Below the pieces are notes generated by a model. The model searched no databases. It worked only from the letters and a program-made list of their open reading frames with translations, and had not been told where the DNA came from. Of a stretch of 64,000 nt of DNA, positions 8,659-20,538 are shown in pieces. The stretch spans positions 1 to 64,000 of the forward strand of contig CALSSJ010000023.1 in the NCBI GenBank assembly GCA_943788985.1, read 5' to 3'. A program made the translations under genes and the position numbers. This DNA is from an uncultured Lentisphaerales bacterium (lineage in GTDB: Bacteria; Verrucomicrobiota; Lentisphaeria; JABSQK01; UBA12247). Within the stretch, counting starts at the first letter, position 1; every line of letters starts with the position of its first letter.

Positions 8659-11600
8659 CTACTCTGCCTGCGGGCGCAGCATCTTCGGAGTTACAACGGT
8701 GGAACTGCCTGGTTTCGGGCTAAGCTCGACGCTTCTTCCTTGGTAGGTGACCCAGGTGGAACCTGCCGAGTTGTTGCCTGCATGGACGACGGCTTCGACC
8801 AAGGCGCCGGCCTGCCAGCGAATGTCAACGGTGTAGTCGCCGCGGCCTCGCAGGCCGCTGATTTGGCCGTCGAGCCATTGCGCGGGCAGGGCGGGAAGCA
8901 AGGTGAGTTTATGATTATGGCTGTGCAGAAGCATCTCGGCTACCGCCGCGGTGGAGCCGAAGTTGCCGTCGATCTGGAAAGGCGGATGGTTGTCCCAGAG
9001 GTTGTCGAGCGTGGAGCGAGTGAGGATTGCGTGCAGGTTTTCGTAGGCACGGGCCCCGTCGGAGAAGCGAGCATACATGCCGATCGTCCAGGCTCGACTC
9101 CACCCGGTACCGGCGCCGCCTTTGGCCAGACGGCCGTCGATCGCTTTGATGACGGCATCGCGCATCGCTGGGTCGTCGTCCAGGTTGATCTGGTTGCCCG
9201 GATAGGCTCCGATAACGTGGGAGATGTGGCGGTGGCCAGCGTGCTGCTCGCCAAAGGGCTCACGCCATTCCAGGAGGCGTCCGTCTTTGCCGACGCGCGG
9301 GCGGTAGATCTTGGGCACGATCGCCTTGATCCTCTGCACAAAGTCGTCGTCGGATTTGCCTAGTGCCGCAGCGGCCTCGACATAATCGTTGAACACCTGC
9401 AGGATCATGAATTGGTCGTAGCTGTTGCCGGCCGAGATCGCGGCCTTCTGGGTCTTTCCTGCCTGGTCGGTGTATGTGAAGGTATTCTCAGGCGAAGCGC
9501 CCGGCCGTGCCATCAGCGTACCGTCCGGCCCGGGAATCAGCCACGACTCGGTGAACTCAACCGAGGCTGTAAGGATGTCCCAGTTTTCAGCGAGCACCGT
9601 GGTGTCCTGGTTGAAGCGATAATGCTCGAGGATGTGGAAGGTCATCCACTGGCCACCGAAGAAGGAGCCTGCCCAACAAGGATTGCTGCCCATCAGACGA
9701 GCGCTGCCCCAGACATCGCTGGCATGGCCCATGCACCAGCCTTTCATGCCGAGGCGGCGCGCCATCTCCTTGCCGCTGCTCTGGTACGAGCGAATGAGGT
9801 CGAAGAAGGGCGTGTGCAACTCGCCAAGGTGGGTGGTCTCGGCGGGCCAATAGTTCATCTGGATATTGATGTTCAGGTGGTAATCCGAGCCCCACGGCGC
9901 GCTTGTGTGGGGATTCCAGAGCCCTTGCAGATTGGCTGGCAGACACCCCGGTCGGGAACTGGCGATGAGCAGGTAGCGGCCAAACTGAAAGTAGGTCTCG
10001 ATCAGATCGGGGTCGTCGTCTGCCCCTTTCTTGAGACGGTCCAAGCGCGCCGGAATCGACAGCGAGCGGATCTCGTCGGAGGTCTGGCCAAAGTCGGCCT
10101 GGACGCGATCGAAGTAGGTTTGATGGTCGGCAATGGAGGCTTGCTTGACTTGGTCGAGTGATTTTCCGGTGAGAGCATCCAGGTCAACTAGAGCTTGGGC
10201 CTGCCAGCCGTCGGGCCGCTTCTGAGCGGGCGCCTGACGGTTGAAGTCGGTGGCGGCCGAAAGGTACAGGGTGACTTCGCTGGCCTGCTTGATCTCCAGG
10301 GCATCGTCCTGAGCGGTGGCCGGCGTGGGCTGGGCCACGCTCACGCGACTGACAAAGCGGGTGCCAGCATCGCCACTTCCAGAGCTGTTTTTGACGAGCT
10401 GAGTGCCCTCGACCTTGGCGCCATCGAGACTGATGCGTAGATCAAGGGGCTTCTCGGCTCTGATCGCCACGACGATGACGTCGTCGGGGGTGCTGGCGAA
10501 GACCTCCTGCGTGATGATTGAACCATCTACGAGGGTGTAGGTATTGCGGGCAATGCCGGTTTTGAGGTCAAGGGCGCGGTGGATGTGCTGGAGCTCGGCA
10601 CTGTTCTGGTAGTGAAGCTGCAGCCAGCCCAGCAGTTGATAGCTGTGGGCATTTTTCTTGTTGCTTCCGGCACCAGAAAGGTACTTTTGGAAATACTGAT
10701 CGGCAGCCAGGTAATCCCCGGTGGCTTCCAACTCTCTAACTTTTTCCAGGTGTTCAAAGCCGTTCTCAGCCATAAACATCGGCTCTGAGTTTGCCCAGAT
10801 CGTCTCTTCGTTGATCAAGATTCTCTCTTCTGGGAAGGCGCCAAAGGGCACTGCCCCTAGCCGGCCATTGCCCACTGGGTAGGCTACTTCAAAGTCATAG
10901 GCAGTGGTCTCGTCCCAGATGACAAGCGCGTCGGCTGGTGGGTAAGCGACCGGTTGGGTTGGCGCTGGGGCAGAGTCACGGTTTTTTGCGAGATGGTCAG
11001 CTACGGTTTTGGCCATGGCGGCGGCTCCTTTAATATTGGGGTGAACTTTGTCTGGGAAGAATTCTGGGTGCTTTTTCAGCGAGGCATAGAGATCAATCAC
11101 GGGCACGCCCGCTTTCCGGGCAATATGCCCAATGCGCGGGATAATTTCCTGGCGCACGACACTGTCTTTGATGCCCCATTGCTCCGGAAAGACCGGAACG
11201 GGGTTGCAGATCCAGACGACAGGTTTGCTCTCGAGGATGCGGAAGCTGTTGATTAGGTCGAGGTAATCGCCTATAAAGCCGATTTTGTGTCGCCAGTTTT
11301 GAGGTTTCGAGTCGTTGGTGCCGAGTTTAATAATGACGACATCCGGCTGATACGCTTTCGCGGCCCGATACCGGGCGTGCTTGACATAGGGGGCATCGCC
11401 GCGTTTCAGCAGCGTATGGCCACTCACCCCAAAGTTCTGCACGTCCCAGCCCGCACCCAGCATCTTGCCCAGCTGTCCGGGATAGCTGTTGTTGTCTCGG
11501 TCGGGAATGCCGTGGCCAAAGGTGATGCTGTCGCCGATACAGGCGACTCGGATCACAGCTGGTCTGGGCGGCTCGCTGCGGGTCAGCTTACCGTCCCGTG

Positions 11601-12057
11601 AGAAAAACGCAATAGCTTCTCCAGATGCCTGGTTGACGCTGGTCAGGACAACGTTGCGCTCCTCGTCCAGGACTGTCAGCGTGAAGCCGTGTAGGCGCTC
11701 ATCACAGCAATCGGTGCGGTTGTAAATCTTGATGCTCTCGATCTCCACCGCCCGGCCGAGATCCACTTCCCACCAGGGATTAGCTTCAGTCCTACTATGG
11801 GTGACCGAGCGTCTCCCGTAGGTACCATCGATGTTACCGTCCACCGCCAAGGAGCTACCGCCCGCAACTTCAGAGCTGGCCGATGCCTTTTGCCTGAGCG
11901 CGACATTCTTCCCGGTCGCAAAGACCTCCACTTCCGCCAGCGACAGGATGCGCTGCTTGCCCGGTAGTTCGATGCGGACGAAACGCCCAGCCGAAGCTGC
12001 CTGCGCTACTACGGTTATCAACAGGCAGAGGATGACATATTTTCGCATGAGACTCAT
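8659..12057 (-). CDS. Multimodular GH95 alpha-L-fucosidase with N-terminal F-type lectin and SGNH esterase domains
   Basis: THS..NPWWEVDLG..NRTDCCDERL (F-type lectin); GDSIT..GTND..DKVHP (SGNH); PVGNGRLG, NINIQMNYW, HRHISH, FQIDGNFG (GH95). Confidence 0.9.
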   Translation of the reverse strand: MSLMRKYVILCLLITVVAQAASAGRFVRIELPGKQRILSLAEVEVFATGKNVALRQKASASSEVAGGSSLAVDGNIDGTYGRRSVTHSRTEANPWWEVDLGRAVEIESIKIYNRTDCCDERLHGFTLTVLDEERNVVLTSVNQASGEAIAFFSRDGKLTRSEPPRPAVIRVACIGDSITFGHGIPDRDNNSYPGQLGKMLGAGWDVQNFGVSGHTLLKRGDAPYVKHARYRAAKAYQPDVVIIKLGTNDSKPQNWRHKIGFIGDYLDLINSFRILESKPVVWICNPVPVFPEQWGIKDSVVRQEIIPRIGHIARKAGVPVIDLYASLKKHPEFFPDKVHPNIKGAAAMAKTVADHLAKNRDSAPAPTQPVAYPPADALVIWDETTAYDFEVAYPVGNGRLGAVPFGAFPEERILINEETIWANSEPMFMAENGFEHLEKVRELEATGDYLAADQYFQKYLSGAGSNKKNAHSYQLLGWLQLHYQNSAELQHIHRALDLKTGIARNTYTLVDGSIITQEVFASTPDDVIVVAIRAEKPLDLRISLDGAKVEGTQLVKNSSGSGDAGTRFVSRVSVAQPTPATAQDDALEIKQASEVTLYLSAATDFNRQAPAQKRPDGWQAQALVDLDALTGKSLDQVKQASIADHQTYFDRVQADFGQTSDEIRSLSIPARLDRLKKGADDDPDLIETYFQFGRYLLIASSRPGCLPANLQGLWNPHTSAPWGSDYHLNINIQMNYWPAETTHLGELHTPFFDLIRSYQSSGKEMARRLGMKGWCMGHASDVWGSARLMGSNPCWAGSFFGGQWMTFHILEHYRFNQDTTVLAENWDILTASVEFTESWLIPGPDGTLMARPGASPENTFTYTDQAGKTQKAAISAGNSYDQFMILQVFNDYVEAAAALGKSDDDFVQRIKAIVPKIYRPRVGKDGRLLEWREPFGEQHAGHRHISHVIGAYPGNQINLDDDPAMRDAVIKAIDGRLAKGGAGTGWSRAWTIGMYARFSDGARAYENLHAILTRSTLDNLWDNHPPFQIDGNFGSTAAVAEMLLHSHNHKLTLLPALPAQWLDGQISGLRGRGDYTVDIRWQAGALVEAVVHAGNNSAGSTWVTYQGRSVELSPKPGSSTVVTPKMLRPQAE

Positions 12058-12074
12058 CTTATATTCCAATGTTT

Positions 12075-12945
12075 AGTGACGCTAGAGATGGAGGGAGTTT
12101 GGCGAACCGCCCCAGCGCACCCAGACGCAACCACCCGCTTCGCGCCAGGTACCGAGAACACCTCAGTGCCGGCGCGGCGGCCGCTAGTGCGCAGAATGTC
12201 GGTTGCCGCATTCTGGTTAGACGGCCCCGACAGCAGACGCTCCGAAACGATCAGGTTTGCGGTGCAGTCGTTGAGCGGCGTTCGCGCCAATGAGGGCACT
12301 TGAATGGCAGTAAAGCGGACGCCATAGAGCCCCGTTTCGTAGAGCCGCTCGCGGACGGCAGCGATCCACGCCGGGTCCTCGTCCAAGACCAATAGTGTCA
12401 AGCCGCTCTGGCGGGCTAGTTCAAGCACCAACTGGCCACTACCACAGCCGTAGACGACGCACAATCCTCGGCTGCTGGGACTTTGCGCCAAGATCGCGGC
12501 CGCGGCTAGCCTGGTGCTGGCTGAGAGCAAAGTTGAGGGCCATCTCAAGTTCGAATATCTCGCTTTTCAGTTCAGTCTCTTCGTATCTGCAGACGATCCG
12601 GCAGTGGTACTGCTGCCGCAGCCCAAGTGCGGGAATCGTCACTGCGCGGCGGGTGCCGTCAGCACCGCTCTCGAGCCTGCCGACCACCGCCGTGACCTGC
12701 GCATTCCGCACATGCTCTGCGGCGAACTGCCAATGATGCACTGGAGGATTCAAAGAAACCGGCACACTGCCAGGTACCTCCTGCGGGGCACAATGACAGC
12801 CGGGAGCTGTGAGGATCAGCAAAGCCATCAAGACAGCGAACGACAAAAATCGATTCACAACGGAACTCACGCGACCTCCGACTCCTATGGCTTGCAGCGC
12901 GTTCTCGCGCAGCGATTCAGCACAGCGCGGGCGCGCGACGAACAA
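12075..12945 (-). pseudogene. Fragments of a secreted methyltransferase-like/PQQ-repeat protein
   Basis: GLCVVYGCGSGQLVLELARQS...GLYGVRFT..ANLIVSE is split from an upstream signal-peptide fragment; truncated. Confidence 0.55.
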
Positions 12946-13334
12946 GATAGCTACGGCGCTTCGCCCCGCAAGCTCGGCGCTCGAACCCTGAGGTTACGAC
13001 ACTTATGCTTACAAGCACTCACGTCGCGAGAGTGAGCCACTCTGAGCCGAATTCCAAGCTTGCTGGTGCGGCAAAGCTTTGGCCATTGCATGAGCCGATT
13101 GACGGAGCATGACGAGATCGGCACTTTGGCACTTTGTTACCGGGGCGAGCCCGGGCGATTTCGCTGCGCTCAACTGGAGCTGTTTCGCAGGAAATGTTTG
13201 CCATTCTCCTCGTTCCCTCACGCTAAGCGGGCTATCTCAACTCTCGCAGGCTCGCGCACCTCCGCACCGATGGGACACCACCGCGGCATCCGAATCCACT
13301 CGTCTAATTGATTCAGTGCGCTCCGCGCGGGTCC

Positions 13335-14789
13335 TTAGAACGCGGCCTGGACGCCGATCACGAAGATGTCTGATTCAGCATCACGAACACTATGAGTAAC
13401 TCCGTCACCCAGATTGCCGCCGCTGATCCAGTTAAGCGGGACATAGCCTGCGGTGTGAATGTATTCTGCGAATAGTTTTACACTGGGCTGCACACGTGTC
13501 GCAATCCCAAGTACAAGCTGGTCCTGACGCTCCCACGGGGCACCAGCCGGACCTGCGACAAAGCGACTGAATTCTACAGACAGATCAACGTCGCGCTCTA
13601 ACATTGTAGCCGTGTACTTGCCACCAAGATTCCAGCTGGAGACTTCATGAGCAGCAAACTCTGGTATGGTCGGGTTGAAGGTCCCCGGCCAATCATTCAC
13701 CGTCTGCGCATATTCAGCATGGATCAAAACACGGTCCAGACGAAGCTGGCCGTAGACATCCCACGCCGGGTTCTCCTCTCCGCACGCTTCAAAATGAGTC
13801 ACCGGAAAATCCTGGCAGTACGCGCTACCGCGCTGATAGGACGCTCCGAACAGCAGGCTGTCGTCTTCACCAAAATCAATCGTATAGTTCCCGTCCAGCA
13901 CGTAATTATTCAACTGACTCGGGACATTGGTACCATCGACAGGAGTATTATTGGATCGAAACTGAGCGCCCCCCTGAACTGCCATGGCCGAAAGGCTCAG
14001 GCCATCACGGATGTAGCCGAGGTTTGCCCCATATGCCAGACCGCCAAAAGCGTGCCATACCCCCGAGGCTGTGAAAGGACTGACCGTATCGGTGAGGCCG
14101 AACGGCGTCGCCATTTTGCCGACACTCAGATATGCTGGGAATTCGTCGAGATCCCCGAACATCACGTACCCGCGGCGTAGCTGCAGCTGGTTTCGTTCAA
14201 GAGCCGTAATGCTACCTTTCCCGAAGCTCTGCTCAGGATCGTACAGTACCTCGGCATAGCCAGTGATCCAAGAGCCCAAGTTGGCTGTCAACCCCAGCTG
14301 CGCTGAGTGGATTACCGCCTCCGAAGCACTCTCGGCGACCTGATTGGAGGCTGTCGGATGCCGCATCAGATAGCCGAACTTTCCCTCTGTGTTGCTGCTC
14401 TGGATGTTGGCGATCGCTGTGACCGCCCCGCTTGCCACGACGGTATCAGGCGCAAGATTTCCTGCCTGTTTCTGCTCGAGAAGGTACTGCTGCTTCCGGT
14501 TGATCCGGGTCGTGGGGTCGAGCATATCGTAGCCGTACTCCGGAGCGATGCGCAACACCCCATCCATTGCTATCGGCCTTGCCGCGACCGAACTCGCCGC
14601 GCCTGACTGCGACGTATCCTGCGAGCTTTCCAACCGCGACACCTTTGCGCGGAGCTCGCGGTTCTCCTCTTCCAGCCGTTCCAGCCGGGCGGCAAGTTCC
14701 TCCAGCGTCACTGCGAATGCGGGAGCTGTCGTGAAAAACAAAAGAAGGCAGCTGACGATGAGCCAGCGTAGGCGAGGAGTGACGGCCAT
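13335..14789 (-). CDS. Outer-membrane beta-barrel porin (LbtU-like)
   Basis: Signal peptide, coiled coil (LERLEEENRELR), amphipathic strands, C-terminal Phe (VQAAF). Confidence 0.7.
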   Translation of the reverse strand: MAVTPRLRWLIVSCLLLFFTTAPAFAVTLEELAARLERLEEENRELRAKVSRLESSQDTSQSGAASSVAARPIAMDGVLRIAPEYGYDMLDPTTRINRKQQYLLEQKQAGNLAPDTVVASGAVTAIANIQSSNTEGKFGYLMRHPTASNQVAESASEAVIHSAQLGLTANLGSWITGYAEVLYDPEQSFGKGSITALERNQLQLRRGYVMFGDLDEFPAYLSVGKMATPFGLTDTVSPFTASGVWHAFGGLAYGANLGYIRDGLSLSAMAVQGGAQFRSNNTPVDGTNVPSQLNNYVLDGNYTIDFGEDDSLLFGASYQRGSAYCQDFPVTHFEACGEENPAWDVYGQLRLDRVLIHAEYAQTVNDWPGTFNPTIPEFAAHEVSSWNLGGKYTATMLERDVDLSVEFSRFVAGPAGAPWERQDQLVLGIATRVQPSVKLFAEYIHTAGYVPLNWISGGNLGDGVTHSVRDAESDIFVIGVQAAF

Positions 14790-14966
14790 GATGGAATCTC
14801 CCGGGGTCTTAAAGAGCAGATAAGCTACACGAACGCATGCTGTCCGCAATATCGTTCCCCCCAAAAAAAGGATGACTTGGATACGCAAGCGATCCGCTCA
14901 GTTCTGTTCGGGTCGCACGACCGCCCCCATAGCAACTCCAGATACGAGCGTCTGCTAGCGATGTGC

Positions 14967-17900
14967 TCAGTTCAGCTCGAGCCGCAAGGCCTCGGTCGCG
15001 AAGACCCAGTATCCTTTGCCCTGCTTGAGCTCGGTCGGCAGATCGAAGTTTCCATTCTCGTAGCTCTGGACCACGCTGATCCGAGGATCGGCCGGCAAGC
15101 GGTCGGTGTTTACTGGCCCAAGCAAGTTCCAGCCTTGCACCAGCTCAACGGCTGGGGCGTCAGCAGGCTCACCGAGATACTCTAGTGTCAGCGGCTCACC
15201 CGTGTGCAACCAGACGCCCTCCCCCACGCGGATCTCATGTGCCGCTGCATATTCACCACTGCGCCACGCCCAGACAGCACCATCAGGAATACGCGCCAGA
15301 AGCGCATCCACAGGCTCGAATGGCTGGGTCGGGAACGAAATCAGGTTCCAGCCCTTGGCCAACTCCAGCGAGAATGTCTGAGGCCCGACCCGCAGGCGCC
15401 GCATCCCGGTGGTTCCGTTGCCATCCGAGAACAGAAAGAAGTCCTCACCACCAAAAGTATCTTCCGGCTCGTAGCGCGGCGGGCCATCGCCTTCATCCAC
15501 AATTGTGCCGCCATCTCCCCGGTTCATAATCGAGAATCCGGCCGGCAGAAAGTTCAGTAGCACCCCGCGCGGCCCGACAATGAGGTCAATGATGTCGTCA
15601 AGGGTTTCGGGACCAAATGGACGTGGCCCCGGCAGGGGAAACGGCCCCAGATCTCCCACGACTGTATCTGCGGCAAAATCAGTGCCGACCAGCTCTGCCC
15701 GCACATGCCACGGAAGTGGCATCTCAGGCAGGTCGCTAAGCGCGGCCCGCTGTGTCCACTGGTAGGTCTCGCCAGGGCTAATCGTCACCTCGGTGAGCGC
15801 CAGCGTAAACGCCTTGTCAGCGGACCAGCGATGCCGCTCGTTCACGACAAAATCCATTTGTAGGCCAGAGGCGAAACCAAGCGTCAGCGACGCACTGCCC
15901 GGGTTGGTCAGGGAGCCATTCACAAGCAGGTAGGAGGCAGTGCCGGTGTTGGCATCCTCCACGATTCTGGCAGATACCTCAAACACGGCTTGCGGCTCAG
16001 GTGGCTCAACGGCGATGACTTCGCAGCCGTTGTTCGCCTCATCAACTTCTTCCACCTTGCCATCCGGATCGGCCGTGACGCGTATCGTGGCCCCTGTTTC
16101 GGCCCGTACCAGCGCCATTGCCCGGTGATGGCCGTACCATGACAGATAGTCCCGGGCGCTCTCGCCATTCGCCGTATCGGCGGTGAACTCCACGGCTACA
16201 TCCTGCAGCTCTGGTCCCGGCCAGATCAGATCCAGCCCGAACAGCCCGGTTGCGTTGGGATCTTCTTCCCACAGCACCGGCACATGCACTTCCTGATACA
16301 CCACCGCGGCATCCGAATCCACCAAGGTCAGCCCAATTGTCACCGGATTGCCGTATGGCATGATCACCGTGCTAAGGTCATCCCAGCGACCATAGCCATC
16401 CAGTTGCACGGCAGACGCTGCGTACCAGGCCGCGTTGTACGCCGCCACCAGTCCTTCGGCGACAGGGCTGGCCTCGCGGGCAATGTAGCTGATCTCCGGA
16501 ACGACCACCACCAAATCAAACTCGCGTTCATGCACAATACTCGGATGCAGAAACTGGTCCAGCGCGGCAATGCCGTCGTGCCACGGAAAGACCATCAGAT
16601 GCAACGGCTCACCCAGTTCGCCGAGCACTTGCAGCCCCATCTGTCGGACCAGTTGTTGGAGAAAGGGATTGTCCAGCGAGGCGGTGATATCCACGGCCTG
16701 CACGTGTGCCTTGTCGCAGACGACACTCAGATCCTCGCCAGGCGTCTCCGACTCGACGCTGAACGTAATCGCGTTGTTGGTCTCGTCCGCTTCGGCGATG
16801 ACATTCTCGGGATCCAGCGTGACCGTCACAGTCAAACCGTTGGGATCATCCGCCAAAAATGCGGTGCTAATGTCTTCGCCGCCGTACGGCAAGCGCACGT
16901 AGCTGACGGCGTCCGTGGTGGCCGCTGTCGATTGAAAGGCAACTGCAATCGGCGTGCCGGGAGTCGGTGCGAACGGGATCGGGCCGTAGTAGTCATAAAA
17001 AACCGGCACCGCTACTCGCCACAACGTCTCAGCGCGCTCGCTTGGGTTCAGGGTCACAGCCAGCGAGGTCACCTGCAGCTCGAAAATCGGCGGCGAGACT
17101 CGCGAGACCGCCAGTATCGAAGGCAATTGCTCGACCGCGGAGACGTACCACTGCTCGCTGATCGCTCGAATCGCGGCCGACACGTCGCTAAGCGGGGTGC
17201 CAAAGTTCTGCGAGTGAATGTCCACCATGAGCGTTGCTGTGGTACTGGCGCCATGCGCGTCATTCGCTGGGTAGACATCGACAAACTGGAATGCCTCGTG
17301 CGCGCCAACTGCAGATACGGTAAGGGCGTCCAAGTGGGCATGCATCGCTTCATTCTCGATGGCTGACGTAATCGTCACCTGGTGGCTCCGAATACGATTG
17401 GCAGCAAAGGACAGATCGTCGCGAACCGGTTCAACCTCATAGGCGAAGCGCGCCTGATTGTTGTCCTCGTCATATTCTTCGACTGCTTCTCGGGCATCCA
17501 CCGTCATCACGCCCTCGATCGTGGTGCTTTCCGCGACGGGAAAAAAGGCCACAGCCGGAGTCTGGTCCCCAACCCACGGCCGCACAAAAATGGTTTTCTT
17601 CGGCGCCGGTTGCGGAGTTCGCAAACCGCACGGAAATCGGCGACGGCCAATAGTCAGCAATCAGCAGAAACATCAGCCAATCATGCCCGACAGCTGCCTC
17701 GACCCGCCAGTAATCCATCGCCAGATCCACCTGGCTGAGCGTCACGTCAATCGAAACTAGCGCCATCGGTTCGAAAAAGCGCACCGGAGTCAGCGCCTCC
17801 ACGTCCGGGGCCCGAACCACAGCCGCATCCACAAACCACAGCGCTTCGAGTGCCTCAACTAGCCCCTCGTACTCTTCGGTCGCGGTGTCACGTGCCCAAG

Positions 17901-18552
17901 CGGTCAGTTCGATCACCAAGCTGCCATCGCTGCCGGACGTCGCCGAGACCTGTACGTCATCTACACCGCTGTTGGGTCCCAGAACCGAACGGGCCGTCAT
18001 TTCGAGGATCTCGCTCACTGCGCGATTGTTCGCCACAGCTACCGCCTCGACCCGGGTCACGGAGGTACTTTCTGGCACTACGTATAGATCACGATCTGGC
18101 TGGTAGACCACGGAAAAAGTCGACTCAGCCGTGTTGTTCTCCTCGTGCAGCTCGTTGATGACATTGTGCGGATCCACCATCGCAGTCAACACGTACTCGC
18201 CGACCCCCAAGTTGGTGTGCAGCACGTGCTGGCCAGCCAGCGGCACAGGCTCTTCATAGGACCAAACCACGTTCCCGGACGCATCCGTAATCACCAGCGA
18301 AAGCGGCGCTTCATCCGGCCAGGCGTCGGTCAAATTCCGCACATCTACCACGATCTCGACAAAGTCGAAGCCGATCACGTCCGTAAAAAGCTTTGGAGTC
18401 TCGAGTGGAAGCACCTGCGCGCCACTCACGGAAACCGCCGTCAGGTCAGGTCGCGGATCTAAGGTCTCTTGGCCGAAACTCAGCCAACTGCAGGCCATCA
18501 AGGCAGCAAGGCAAACCAGAACCCTTCGCTGCCACATCATTAATGCATTCAT
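14967..18552 (-). CDS. Large secreted CARDB-repeat protein with BsuPI-like domain and C-terminal GWNL domain; +1 frameshift at ~17594-17597
   Basis: Repeated DP.N.I.E.DE.NN CARDB motifs in both ORFs; removing one A from GAAGAAAACC joins ...GAEE-TIFVRP... Confidence 0.75.
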
Positions 18553-18789
18553 ACTTTCGACCTTAAAACGGTGCGCTTGCGTGGGCGGCAATATAACACC
18601 ACTGTTCTCAGGTAAAGTACGTTCCTTCACTAAGAATCTTACAGCTGGCCCAGATTCCCGGGCGCCCGCATCAAGCACTGGGAGCGCTGGCGGCCCGCCA
18701 GCCCACATCCCCTCGCCCCCCAAAGCTGGCCAGACGCCTACAATAACGGCGATGCATATCGCATGTCCCTAAGCTGCATCAACGGCCTG

Positions 18790-19096
18790 CTATTCTCCAG
18801 GCTCCACTGACACCTTGACCTTCTTGCCTTCGCGATCGAAGCGAATCTGCGCGGCGGCATCAAACTCGGGGCGATGCAGCTCTAGGCCCAGCCCACTGGG
18901 AATCGCTCTCCAGATCGTCGAAGTTTGCCAGGTTCTTGAAGGTCAGCCTAACCCGCTAGTTGTCGATCATGTTAAGGTCGGGAGACACCTGCTAGACCGT
19001 ACCAGAGCCGAGCCGGATCAGGCCCTGATGGCTACCGGCGATCCGCGCCACGTCGGCGATGGCGAGATTTTTGATGCCTACGAATATGTCGGTCAT
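18790..19096 (-). pseudogene. Decayed gene remnant
   Basis: Protein-like frame MTDIFVGIKNLAI... with two in-frame TAG stops and a frameshift, ending ...FDREGKKVKVSVEPGE*. Confidence 0.35.
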
Positions 19097-19249
19097 GACC
19101 GCGCAAAGCACTCGTGGCGCGCCTGTAGAACGGGAGCCTGAAAGCCGCAAGCCTATTAAGAGATCGCCTTCTTACTGCAACTCTGATTCCCATTCATGCG
19201 GCATGGTTCACTGTTGCGAACATTGCAAAACCTGTCGTGAGACCAACTC

Positions 19250-20152
19250 GTGCCCCCTGATGAACCACCCGTTACCGCACAAGCAATCGCTGACGCAGCC
19301 GTCGATGCATCTGCAGGAGCGCCTTCTGTCGAAGAAATTGACGTTCTCAAGCGAGTTGTGGAAACATTGACCGATTTCCTAACTTCCTACAGCCTACAAA
19401 TTGTAGGCGCGTTGGTTGTGCTCGTTCTCGGCACGATAGTGGCCCGCATTCTCAGCCACATCCTGCTGCGCTTCCTCGAGCGTCGTAATTTCGACGTCAC
19501 CCTCTCGCGCTTTATTGCCAGCTGCATGCGCGGTTCGGTCGTCGGTTTTGCCTTCGTGGTCGCCTTGGGAAAATTTGGCATCACCATTGCCCCGATTCTC
19601 GCTGCGCTTGGCGCGCTGGCCTTTGGTGCCAGCATCGCCGTTCAGGGCCCACTAAGCAACTTCGGCAGCGGCTTGGCGATCATCTTTCTGCGACCATTCG
19701 TCGTCGATGATACCGTAGCCGTTTCAGGCGTAGAGGGCGTCGTCGTCGAAGTCAAGCTCGGCTACACTGTCCTCTGTGACGAAGACGGCATCGAAATTAT
19801 CGTCCCGAACAAGGAAGTGTTCGGCCAGGTGATGCATAACTCGAAAGGCCGCAGACTGGTCGAGGGCGTCATCGGCATCAGCTATGGCGATGCCCCGCGC
19901 GAGGCGATTTCAGTCATCGAGAAGATTATTGCAGCCGACGAAGGCGTTCTCCAAGACCCGCCGCCGCTGGTCGGTGTCGGCGAGTTCGCAGACTCATCGG
20001 TAAGCATTCATTATCGTTACTGGGTCTCTACGCCGAGCTACTTCGAGGTCATGTACACCGTGAATCTCGCAGTCTTCGATGGCCTAGCTGAAGCCGGAAT
20101 CACGATCCCATTTCCACAACGCGATGTCCACCTTATCCCGCAGGAATCATGA
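19250..20152 (+). CDS. mscS: Small-conductance mechanosensitive channel
   Basis: Three TM helices; LSNFGSG, RPF, IIVPN, GITIPFPQRDVH. Confidence 0.92.
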   Translation: MPPDEPPVTAQAIADAAVDASAGAPSVEEIDVLKRVVETLTDFLTSYSLQIVGALVVLVLGTIVARILSHILLRFLERRNFDVTLSRFIASCMRGSVVGFAFVVALGKFGITIAPILAALGALAFGASIAVQGPLSNFGSGLAIIFLRPFVVDDTVAVSGVEGVVVEVKLGYTVLCDEDGIEIIVPNKEVFGQVMHNSKGRRLVEGVIGISYGDAPREAISVIEKIIAADEGVLQDPPPLVGVGEFADSSVSIHYRYWVSTPSYFEVMYTVNLAVFDGLAEAGITIPFPQRDVHLIPQES

Positions 20153-20538
20153 GCGACGCCCGACCGTTCAGTCGCGGTTCCCTGCCCATTCGCAATGGGC
20201 ATTGCCCGCAATGCCAGAGCCGCTTGCCCCGCGCCTCCGCGTTCCGTGCCGAACTTGAGTGTGCTGCCTGCTGCGCCCAGCTCATGTTCGATACGCAGCA
20301 TGAGGGGCTAGTGAAGCTAGTCCTCGGCGGAGGCTCGACGCTGCTCACCGCCTTTTTCGCCTGGCAGTCTGGCTGGCTTGGTGCGGGCTGCTCCCTACTT
20401 GCCATGATGGCCATCGCCTGGCTTTGTTATCCTTGGCTAGCGCGCTATCACCTCAAACTAAGCGATAGAACTCGCCAGCGGCCCATCACCGCGCAGGCCG
20501 CCATTCATACACCCATACAAAACGGAGCAAACCCATGA
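20149..20538 (+). CDS. Hypothetical membrane protein with CxxC zinc ribbon
   Basis: CPQC..CAAC and two TM helices; ATGA overlaps on both sides. Confidence 0.6.
   Translation: MSDARPFSRGSLPIRNGHCPQCQSRLPRASAFRAELECAACCAQLMFDTQHEGLVKLVLGGGSTLLTAFFAWQSGWLGAGCSLLAMMAIAWLCYPWLARYHLKLSDRTRQRPITAQAAIHTPIQNGANP

Noticed and set aside
17590..17600. Programmed frameshift in the CARDB protein
   Set aside because: Only an A4 run with no canonical slippery heptamer; same +1 pattern as the other probable errors.
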